A DNA stretch of 64,000 bases, taken from contig CAVPPB010000002.1 of NCBI GenBank assembly GCA_963707215.1, forward strand, positions 96,001-160,000, given 5' to 3'. The DNA is from an uncultured Chloroflexia bacterium (GTDB taxonomy: Bacteria > Chloroflexota > Limnocylindria > Limnocylindrales > CSP1-4). Below, piece by piece: positions 10,025 through 18,299 of this stretch. Each line of letters starts with the position of its first letter. The stretch's first letter is position 1. The notes under the pieces are model-generated. The model did not search any database and had not been told where the DNA came from. It worked only from the letters and a program-made list of their open reading frames with translations. Position numbers and translations under genes: made by a program.

Positions 10025-10575
10025 GCTCGAATCACCCGATCGAGACGATCGCCGAGGCCCGGCGGACCAGCCTTGGGCTGTACGTCACGAGCAAGGAGGC
10101 GTACGACATGTGGCAGGCGGACCCCAGCCTCAGGATCCTCGACGTCCGCACGCCGGAGGAGTACGTCTTCGTCGGCCACGCGCCCATGGCCACCAACGTC
10201 CCCTTCGCGCTCCAGACCTACGAATGGGACCCCGAGCAGAGTGCGCTGCGCTGGGAGCTCAACCCGGACTTCGTGACGGCGGTGAAGGCTTGGGCCAGGA
10301 CCGATGAGACCCTCCTCGTCTCATGCCGGTCGGGGGGCCGCAGCGCGAAGGCGATCGACATGCTCGCGGCGGCCGGCTACACGAACCTCTTCAACGTCCT
10401 CGATGGCATGGAGGGAAGCAAGATCGAGGACCGCGACAGCGTCTTCGACGGCGTGCGGATGAAGAACGGCTGGAAGAACTCCGGGCTGCCCTGGACGTAC
10501 GAGATCGATCCCAGCCGGATGAAGCTGCCACCTCGGCAGAGCCGGACGTTCGTGGCCGGGAGCGAGCACGACTGA
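10021..10575 (+). CDS. Rhodanese-like sulfurtransferase
   Basis: ILDVRTPEEY...GHAP...CRSGGRS...GWKNSGLPW; ATGA overlap with the STAS gene. Confidence 0.92.
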   Translation: MSSNHPIETIAEARRTSLGLYVTSKEAYDMWQADPSLRILDVRTPEEYVFVGHAPMATNVPFALQTYEWDPEQSALRWELNPDFVTAVKAWARTDETLLVSCRSGGRSAKAIDMLAAAGYTNLFNVLDGMEGSKIEDRDSVFDGVRMKNGWKNSGLPWTYEIDPSRMKLPPRQSRTFVAGSEHD

Positions 10576-10604
10576 GCGGTCGCCTTGCAGCGGCCAGCGT
10601 TCTC

Positions 10605-11261
10605 CTACGCGGCCCCCCGGGTCCGGCCGAGGCGAACGAGCGGGAGCGCCAGCAACAGTGCCGTCGCCGCCACGTAGAGGCCGACGGCGACGAACGGCGC
10701 GATCAATGCGAAGGCGATGGCGACGATCCAGATAACGTTCGAGATCCTGCGCTGGCGGGTCATCGCCGCGAGCGTCTCGTCGGCCACCTCGTCCAGCAGC
10801 AGCGTCTGATCTCCGACGAGATAGGCCATGAGGAAGGTCAGCATCAGCGATGCAGCCAGCACGTTGATCCCGTAGATGAGGACGGCGACCGCGACGTCGG
10901 GGCCGGTGAGGTTGCCCACCATCAGACTGGTCGTGAACGGGATGACGGCGACGAGGAGCAGGAACAGCAGGTTGATCCCGGCCACGAGTCCGTCACTCCG
11001 CTGCATGAGCTTGGTCGTCCGCGCATGGGAGACCCAGCTGCCGCCGATGAACGCGAAGCTCATGAGATAGCCCAGGAACTCCGGCCATTGCTCGACGAGG
11101 GTCGGGAGCAGTGCCTCGGGTCCCACCGGGACCGTCAGCTCGAGGACGAGCAGGGTGATCGCGATCGCGAAGACGCCATCGGAGAAGGCGTCGAGGCGGT
11201 CGAGCGGTAGGGCGTCGGCAGGACGACGCTTCCGGTCGCCCGCGACGTCTCGGTCAGTCAT
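10605..11261 (-). CDS. TMEM175-family potassium channel
   Basis: RLDAFSDGVFAIAITLL signature; multiple TM helices. Confidence 0.92.
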   Translation of the reverse strand: MTDRDVAGDRKRRPADALPLDRLDAFSDGVFAIAITLLVLELTVPVGPEALLPTLVEQWPEFLGYLMSFAFIGGSWVSHARTTKLMQRSDGLVAGINLLFLLLVAVIPFTTSLMVGNLTGPDVAVAVLIYGINVLAASLMLTFLMAYLVGDQTLLLDEVADETLAAMTRQRRISNVIWIVAIAFALIAPFVAVGLYVAATALLLALPLVRLGRTRGAA

Positions 11262-11562
11262 GGCACATCTCCTCGTCGCGGGTCGGGCCAACACGATCGC
11301 GGACCGAGTCTACGTGAGCCCGAGCGGCAGCCTCCCACCCTGGGTGCAGGCGCTCGAACGGGATCCGAGCGCCCGGGCATCAGGGCCCGAGCGCTCGGTC
11401 CGATGGGGCCGGACACGCCGGCTCAGCCGGGCGGTGGGCGCTCTCAGTCCGACTCGGCCTCGGCTTCCTCAGCCGCGAGGACGGTGGCGAGCGCCTCTTC
11501 GGCAGCTTCCGGGCATAGCGCCACAGGGTGGTCCGGGTCAGAGGGCCGCCCACTCCCGGCGG

Positions 11563-11868
11563 TCAGCCGCCCAGGAGCTTGGCCTTGGCAGCCGCGAACT
11601 CCTCGTCGGTGAGGACGCCGGCGGTGTGCAGGTCGCCGAGCTGCTTGAGCTGCTCCATGTCGATCCCGGCTGCCGGCGCGGCCGGGGCAGGAGCGGGAGC
11701 CGCGGCGGCGGCCTGCTGCTCGTAGGCGGCCTGCTGCTGGGCCTGCTGCTCGGCCGCCTGGTTGGCGTACTTCTGCTGCTGGTGGTGGCTGACGGCCCCG
11801 GCGGTGCCGGCGACCACCGCCGTCGTCGCTGCCGCCCGGACGAGAGGTCGTCCGCGTCGTCGCATCAT
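11563..11868 (-). CDS. SHOCT-domain protein
   Basis: N-terminal RAAATTAVVAGTAGAV, Gln/Ala/Pro linker, C-terminal QLKQLGDLHTAGVLTDEEFAAAKAKLL. Confidence 0.9.
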   Translation of the reverse strand: MMRRRGRPLVRAAATTAVVAGTAGAVSHHQQQKYANQAAEQQAQQQAAYEQQAAAAAPAPAPAAPAAGIDMEQLKQLGDLHTAGVLTDEEFAAAKAKLLGG

Positions 11869-11925
11869 GATGGTCTGGTCTCCTTGGCTTGCTCTGGGGG
11901 GTCTGGACGATCCGGTCCGGTCGGG

Positions 11926-12354
11926 TCAGCCGGCGGCCTCGAGCTCGGCGCTGACCTCCTCGAGGACCTCGGGCGGGATGACGACCCGGTCGACGAGGAA
12001 GCCGCCCTTGGCCGCGATCGCCTCCTTGAGGTCGACGGCCCAGCGATGCTCGAAGAGCATGGCCAGCCCCGCGGTGTCCGGCGGCAGCGAGAGGGCGATC
12101 GCCTCGAGGTCCTCCGGCGTGAAGAGGCCCATCCGGCCGTCGAGGAGCGGGGCGAACGAGGCGAAGCGCGGGTCGTCCTTGGCGTCGAGCTCGAGGATGA
12201 CCGCGCCGCCGTCGGCCGCTCGCCCGACGAAGACGACGTCGACGAGCCGGATGATGCCCTGGTCGACGACCTCACCGAGCTCCCGGGCGATGCTCCCGTC
12301 GAACTGGGTGCCCTCGAAGCCGATGACGATGTATTCCAGCGGGCCGAGTGTCAT
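11926..12354 (-). CDS. DUF6325-family protein
   Basis: MTLGPLEYIVIGF...GIIRLVDV...MLFEHRWA; AGGAGG RBS. Confidence 0.85.
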   Translation of the reverse strand: MTLGPLEYIVIGFEGTQFDGSIARELGEVVDQGIIRLVDVVFVGRAADGGAVILELDAKDDPRFASFAPLLDGRMGLFTPEDLEAIALSLPPDTAGLAMLFEHRWAVDLKEAIAAKGGFLVDRVVIPPEVLEEVSAELEAAG

Positions 12355-12529
12355 GGATGGCCTCCTGCCTGTGCAGCCCGTCCCTCGACCAGGGCCCTGC
12401 GGCTGCGAGCGTTCATGGTCGACACGACCCCTTCCGGGTGCCCCGAGTGGCGACCCCGCAAGTGCGAACCGGGCTTCCCGACCGGGGACGGTCGCGTGCG
12501 AGCACAGTCGCCCAACGTCCGTGCCGGCG

Positions 12530-12549
12530 CATCCCCCCGGAGGGAGGAG
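12530..12549. promoter_or_regulatory. Putative MalT/LuxR operator, copy 3
   Basis: Reverse complement cTCCtCCctccgGGgGGAtg, in the divergent DUF6325/luxR intergenic region. Confidence 0.55.
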
Positions 12550-12619
12550 CTGCCCATCCCCGTCCGAGTCGGCGGCTCTGGACCACCGCGCCTCGCTCGG
12601 CTAGCCTTCTCAGGGATGG

Positions 12620-14962
12620 ATGGAGTGTCCCGGTGCTGGACCCTGCGGAGGATCCGGCTTGCGCACGCTGCCTGACGCCTCCGTGCCTCAGCCGGAGATG
12701 CTCCGTCCCATAGCGCTCGACCCGGGTGAGCAGCCCCGCTCCGGCGCCCCCGGTCTCATGGAGGCCAAGCTCACGCCGCCTCGCCCCCGTGCAAGGACGG
12801 TGCGCCGGACGAGGCTCCTCCGCCGAGTCCGCGTCGCTCGAGATCTGCGGGTCCTCTCGATCGTCGCCCCGGCCGGCTACGGCAAGACGAGCCTCCTGGT
12901 CCAACTGGCGCGCCAGGCCCCTGACGCCACCGCCTGGCTGACGGCCGACGACGGTGACAACGATCCTGTCGTGTTCCTCACGAATCTGGCGTCAGCGATC
13001 GACCGGATCGTGCCCGTGGACGCAGGGGTCTTCGACGCGATCGTGTCTCCGCACCTGTCGGAGCGGGCTGCGGTCGGACGCCTTCTGGGCGCGATGTCCG
13101 GACGAGCCGAGCCCTCGATCGTCGCGATCGACGATGCGGACCGGATCATCGACCGCGCCTGCCTCGATGGCCTTGCCGAGTTCATCACCTACCTGCCTGA
13201 CGGGTGGCAGGTGATGATCGCCGGTCGGCGGCCAGCCGGCCTGCCCTTCCCTCGCTGGCAGATCGACGGATCGATGCTCGAGATCGGCCCTCGTGACCTC
13301 GCGATGGACGAGACGGAGGCGTCCAGCCTGGGCCGCCACCTCGGGCTCGCGCTCGAAGCCGAAACGGTGTCGCGGTTGACGCGGGATACGGAGGGTTGGC
13401 CAGCGCTGCTCGCGCTTGCCGCCCTGGAGGCCATCCGATCGCCGCGGCTCGATGGCGGCAGCGATGACCGCACCGAACCGACCCGAGGCCGGCACATGAC
13501 CGACTACCTTCGGTCCGAAGTGCTCGAGTCCCGCTCCGGAACGGAGGTCGAGTTCCTGACCCGCACCTCGATCCTCGAGCGCCTTTCCGGCCCGGTCTGC
13601 GCCACGGTCACCGGCCTGTCGGGATCTACGGACATCCTGGCCGGCCTCGCGCGATCGACCCTGCTCATCGACGAATACGGCGCGTCCTATCGCTACCACA
13701 GCCTTCTCCGCGACTTCCTGCGCGCCGAGCTGGCGGAGCGCGAGCCGGATCGGGTCGCCGAGCTGCACCGCCGGGCCGCGGCATGGTACAAGGCCGACGG
13801 CGCCCTTGATCTCGCGGTCGACCACGCGTTCGCGGCCGCCGATCCCGATCTCGCCGCGAACCTGGCGGGCCAGGGGATGGCTCGATACCACTGGTCGGGG
13901 CGGCGCGCAACCGTGAGATCGTGGTTCACGCGGTTCGACGACGAGGCCCTCGGGCGGCAGCCATGGCTCGCCGTCCTCGCCGCCTGGGAGGAGCTCGCGG
14001 CTGGCGACGTCGTTGCGACCGAGCGGCTGGCGGACATCGCCGACCGCGGGAAGTCCGAGGGACGGCCCCCCGACGGGACCGCTTCGTTCGAGTCAGGGCG
14101 CGCGATGCTGCGGGCCGTGATGGTGCGCAGGGGTGCGGCGGATGCGCTGGAGAATGCCACCCGGGCGGCGGAGCTGGAGACGGCCGGCAGTCCCTGGCGT
14201 GACTTCGCGCTCTGGACACTGGCCACGACCCGGCGGACCCTGGGTGACGAGGAGGGCGCGGACGCGGCGCTCGCGGATGCAGTCGCCGCCGCGCGATCGG
14301 CCGGCAACGATGGGCTCTGCTACTGCCTGCTCGGGCACCGCTCGCTGCTGGCCATCGAGCGGCACGACCTAACGGCTGGCGCTGCGTTCGCGGCCGAAGC
14401 TCGTTCGATCGGGGCGTCCCGGAGCGTGGATGGCTACCTTTCCTCAGTCCTCGCTCGCGCCGCCGCCATCAGGATCGCCGTCGACCGCGGCGACATCGCG
14501 GCCGCGCGCGCGCAGCTTGCCGGGGTCGTGGGACTGCGACCGCTGCTGACGGCCGCGGCGCCCGCGCTGGCCGTCATGTCGCTCATGAGCCTCGCCCGGG
14601 CCCATCTCGTTGTGGATGACCCGGGCGGCGCGCGCGCTTTGCTGGTACAGGCCGGCCACGTGATCCGCCAGCGTCCCGACCTCGGGGTCCTGCCCGACGA
14701 GGTAGCGGCGCTCCGCACGGAAGTCGCCGCGCGCCCGTTCGCCCTCGGTGGCGCCACGACCCTGACGACCGCCGAGCTCCGCGTGCTGGCGCTGCTGCCC
14801 TACTACCTGTCCTTCAAGGAGATCGGACAGCGGCTCGGCACCCGGTCGAGCACCGTGAAGACGCATGCGCTGTCGATCTACGGCAAGCTCGGCGCCTCCT
14901 CCCGGAGCGAGGCGGTCGATCTGGCTGTCCAGGCGGGCCTCCTTGAACGCTTCCCGCGGTAG
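12620..14962 (+). CDS. MalT-like LuxR-family ATP-dependent transcriptional regulator
   Basis: EAKLTPP, APAGYGKT Walker A, TEGWPA, YRYHSLLRDFL, C-terminal LuxR HTH (LTTAELRVL...SIYGKLGASSR); start may be 12698 or 12758. Confidence 0.92.
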   Translation: MECPGAGPCGGSGLRTLPDASVPQPEMLRPIALDPGEQPRSGAPGLMEAKLTPPRPRARTVRRTRLLRRVRVARDLRVLSIVAPAGYGKTSLLVQLARQAPDATAWLTADDGDNDPVVFLTNLASAIDRIVPVDAGVFDAIVSPHLSERAAVGRLLGAMSGRAEPSIVAIDDADRIIDRACLDGLAEFITYLPDGWQVMIAGRRPAGLPFPRWQIDGSMLEIGPRDLAMDETEASSLGRHLGLALEAETVSRLTRDTEGWPALLALAALEAIRSPRLDGGSDDRTEPTRGRHMTDYLRSEVLESRSGTEVEFLTRTSILERLSGPVCATVTGLSGSTDILAGLARSTLLIDEYGASYRYHSLLRDFLRAELAEREPDRVAELHRRAAAWYKADGALDLAVDHAFAAADPDLAANLAGQGMARYHWSGRRATVRSWFTRFDDEALGRQPWLAVLAAWEELAAGDVVATERLADIADRGKSEGRPPDGTASFESGRAMLRAVMVRRGAADALENATRAAELETAGSPWRDFALWTLATTRRTLGDEEGADAALADAVAAARSAGNDGLCYCLLGHRSLLAIERHDLTAGAAFAAEARSIGASRSVDGYLSSVLARAAAIRIAVDRGDIAAARAQLAGVVGLRPLLTAAAPALAVMSLMSLARAHLVVDDPGGARALLVQAGHVIRQRPDLGVLPDEVAALRTEVAARPFALGGATTLTTAELRVLALLPYYLSFKEIGQRLGTRSSTVKTHALSIYGKLGASSRSEAVDLAVQAGLLERFPR

Positions 14963-14971
14963 ACCAGCGGC

Positions 14972-14991
14972 CTCCGCCATCACGGAGGATG
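14972..14991. promoter_or_regulatory. Putative MalT/LuxR operator, copy 4
   Basis: cTCCgCCatcacGGaGGAtg, 9 nt after the luxR stop and upstream of the CMD gene. Confidence 0.55.
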
Positions 14992-15007
14992 CGACCGGAC
15001 CAGGTGC

Positions 15008-15424
15008 GTGATGGAGTGGCGAGGACCAGTCATCGCAGCCGGGTGCAGTGTGTCGCGGACGATCACCAGCGAGGAAATCCTCCGGAGGCTGACCGTCGGG
15101 GACCGAGCGTACTGCCGGACCGTCATGTCGAGCGGTGCGGACGACCCGCTTCCCCCGCTCGACGCGCGCAGCGTGGCGCTGCTTCGCCTCGGCTGGTCGA
15201 TCACCGGCGGTTCCGTGAGCCCGATGTGGCAGCGGCGTGTCGGCGAAGCCCTCGACGCGGGACTGACCTTCGACGAGATCGTCGGGTCGCTCCTTGCTCT
15301 CGCGCCGATCATCGGGCTCGATCGGGTCGTGGCGATCGCTCCGCACCTGGCGCGAGCGCTCGGCTATGACGTCGACGCAGCGCTCGAGGAGCTGGACCCG
15401 GCACCGCCTGGATCAGGGCCGTAG
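15008..15424 (+). CDS. Carboxymuconolactone decarboxylase (AhpD-like) family protein, no CxxC
   Basis: LDARSVALLRL...ALDAGLTFDEIVGSLLALAPIIGLDRVV. Confidence 0.75.
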   Translation: MMEWRGPVIAAGCSVSRTITSEEILRRLTVGDRAYCRTVMSSGADDPLPPLDARSVALLRLGWSITGGSVSPMWQRRVGEALDAGLTFDEIVGSLLALAPIIGLDRVVAIAPHLARALGYDVDAALEELDPAPPGSGP

Positions 15425-15560
15425 CCGAGGGGACGGCAAGCGCTCGGCGCCGGGGAGGCCGATGGAGGCCGGCCAGCGCAGCCGGCTCCCCGGCTCGTGC
15501 GAGATCCGGACCAGGACAGCACGCTCATGTGCGACAGCGGCGATCCGCCGGTCGCACCGG

Positions 15561-17056
15561 TCAGGGCGTGTCGTCGCCCGACCTCCGTCGTCCTCGCTCC
15601 GCCTGGCCCGAGTGATCGGGCCACTCGAAGCCGGCCCAGGGGTCGTAGTCGGGGTCGAGCTGCTCCTGCGTCGGGCGGAGCTCCTCGGGAACGTGGATCA
15701 GGTTCACCCGGATCCGGGTCCAGGTCGTCGAGCGACCGCGCATCGCGTCGACCAGGACGTCCGCGGGCTCGAGGGTACGGCACGACGTCGGGATGGCGGG
15801 TCTTCCAGCGGTCGAGGCCCTCGACGCCTCCTCCTTCCGGGCGGCGCGGGCGATCTCGACCACCGGGACCTGGCTCCGTCGACGCCCGGTCGGGGTCGGG
15901 CGGGTGCCCTTCCAGCTGGGTCGGGCCCACGGCGACGAGCCTTCGAGCCCGGCCCCCGCGTCCCCGGCCTCGACCGCCCGGCGTCGCGCCTCGGCGACCT
16001 CGGGAGGTGGCCCTCCATCGACGCCGCGGCCCTCGTACTCAGCCGGAGCGCGCCGCCGCTTCGACGGCTGCACGCGCGGCGGCTCGCCGGTCTGCTTCGC
16101 GTAGTGGGGCGGCCAGGGGGCATCGCCCAGGCCCTCCGCCTCGTGGCGGGCGGACAGCTCCAGCAGATGCCTCGAGCGAGCCGACCGCATCGTCGATCCC
16201 GGCGCCAGGATCGCCGCGCTCGGCGTACGATCCCCGGGCACCGTGGCCAGCGTGAAGGCTTCGGGCTCGACGTCGGCTACCTCGTCCCAGGTCAGCGGCA
16301 TCGAGACGCGGGCGTCGGGCGTCGGGCGGACCGAGTAGGCCGAGGCCACCGTCCGGTCCTTGGCGTTCTGGTTGTAGTCGAGGAAGACGCCGTGACGCTC
16401 CTCCTTCCACCACTTGCTGGTGGCGATGGACGGCGCGCGGCGCTCCACGTCGCGAGCGAGGGCGAGGGCGGCCCGCCGGACCTCGCGGTAGGTCCAGCGG
16501 CGCTCGATCCGGACGTTGACGTGGATGCCCCGCGACCCGGAGGTCTTGGGCCAGCCGACGAGGCCGACGGCATCAGAGCGCCTCACGGGCGACCAGGGCG
16601 ACCTCGCGGATCTGCGACCAGGGCACGCCGGGGACCGGGTCGAGGTCGACCCGCAGCTCGTCGGGGTGGTCCAGGTCGTCGGCGCGGACCGGATGCGGGT
16701 TCAGGTCGATGCAACCGAGGTTGGCGACCCAGGCCAGCCCGGCCGGCTCGTCGAAGACGACCTCGTCGGCGGTCCGGCCCGAAGGGAAGCGACAGGGTCG
16801 CCACCCGGATGAAGTCCGGCCGCTTCTCCGGTGCGCGCTTCTGGAAGAAGAAGTCGCCCTCGACGCCATCGACGAACCGCTTCAGGGCCATCGGGCGGTC
16901 GCGGACGCCCCGCAGCGCCCCGTCGCCGACGGCCAGGTAGTAGCCGACCAGGTCGAGCTTGGTGTAGCCGGCCCGCGGGAAGTAGACCTTGTCGGGGTTG
17001 GTGACGGTCACCTCGCGGTCGCCGACCTGCAGGATCTCCGACTTCCTGGTCGCCAT
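15561..17056 (-). CDS. Prim-PolC / LigD polymerase-domain protein (multiple frameshifts)
   Basis: VTVTNPDKVYFP...TKLDLVGYY, FFQKRAP, DELRVDLDP, KTSGSRGIH and FLDYNQNAKDRTVASAYSVR lie in different frames. Confidence 0.88.
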
Positions 17057-17173
17057 GACCGAACGATATCGGACCGGGGAAGCCGTTCCCGCGCTCAGGC
17101 AAGCGCGCGGGAGGGCCAGCACCGGTCTGGCCGCCCGACGCGTACCATCGGCGTGAGACCCGAGGTGACCGCC

Positions 17174-17518
17174 ATGCCAGATGCCACCGTCATCCCCGAC
17201 ATCCGGGCCGAGGTCGAGATCCCGACCGACGGGATCCTCTCCCGGACGGTCCACTCGTCCGAGCGAGCCCGGGTGGTGGTGTTCGGCTTCGATGCCGGCC
17301 AGGAGCTCAGCGAGCACACCGCATCGATGCCGGCGATCATCGAGATCCTCGACGGCGAGGCCGACGTCCTGCTGGGCGACACGCACCACCGGATGGGGCC
17401 CGGGGCCTGGGCCCACATGCCGGCCGGGCTGCGTCATGCCGTCCGGGCGACGTCCCGACTCCGGATGCTCCTCGTCCTGCTTCCCGGTCCCGCGGCTCCC
17501 GACGATCCCGGCACGTAG
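17174..17518 (+). CDS. Cupin-domain protein
   Basis: FGFDAGQELSEHT...ILDGE...MPAGLRHAV. Confidence 0.88.
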   Translation: MPDATVIPDIRAEVEIPTDGILSRTVHSSERARVVVFGFDAGQELSEHTASMPAIIEILDGEADVLLGDTHHRMGPGAWAHMPAGLRHAVRATSRLRMLLVLLPGPAAPDDPGT

Positions 17519-17558
17519 CCCCGAGGCCGCCCTGCCGCGCCGAGGTCCGGGTCGTGGG

Positions 17559-18095
17559 CTAGAGCGCGCCCCCGGCCGCGGCGGGTGCGTCGGCTTCCGT
17601 TTCGGCGGCGCCACCGGCGCCAGCGGTCCGGGCCAGATAGTCCTCGACGAGTAGGATGCTCGACTCCGAGGCGCGCTCGACCGTCCGCAGGAGGGCCGAC
17701 ATGCTGGCGACCTCCTCGACCTGCTCCTTGAGGAACCACTGAAGGAACTGCTCGCCGAGCATGTCTCCGTCTTCGCGGGCGATCCGGACGAGTCCCTGGA
17801 TCTGCTCGGTGACGGTGCGCTCCTGGGTCAGCGCCAGGGCCACCGGCTCGGCCGCGTCGCCGAACGAGGTCCTGGGTGCTTCGACACCGGGGATGACGAC
17901 CTCCTCGCCTGCGTCGAGGAGGTACTGGACAAGCATCATCGCGTGGTTCCGCTCCTCCACGGCCTGGCGGTAGAAGAAGCCGGCCAGCTGGGGGAGCGTC
18001 TCGGCGTCGTAGTAGACGGCGATAGCCACGTACTGCTGCGAGGCGCCGAACTCGTTGGCGACCTGCCCGTTGAGGGCGTCGGTGAAGCGGGACAT
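17559..18095 (-). CDS. Non-heme ferritin
   Basis: EFGASQQY...EERNHA...QERTVT...FLQWFLKEQVEEV ferroxidase centre. Confidence 0.93.
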   Translation of the reverse strand: MSRFTDALNGQVANEFGASQQYVAIAVYYDAETLPQLAGFFYRQAVEERNHAMMLVQYLLDAGEEVVIPGVEAPRTSFGDAAEPVALALTQERTVTEQIQGLVRIAREDGDMLGEQFLQWFLKEQVEEVASMSALLRTVERASESSILLVEDYLARTAGAGGAAETEADAPAAAGGAL

Positions 18096-18299
18096 CGGTC
18101 CTCCCGTGAGCATGAGGGTCCGGGTGGCGTCGGGCGACGCCGGCCGAACCTCAGGATAGCGAGCCCGACGGCGATCCCCATGGGCTGGCCGGACCGTCCC
18201 GTGACGACGCGGGACCGATGACGGGGGGCCATCCGGTGCGGTAGGGTCCGAGCCGAGGGAGTCGCCGCCCGAGCGGTGGGCCCGACCGAGGAGGGAGCC

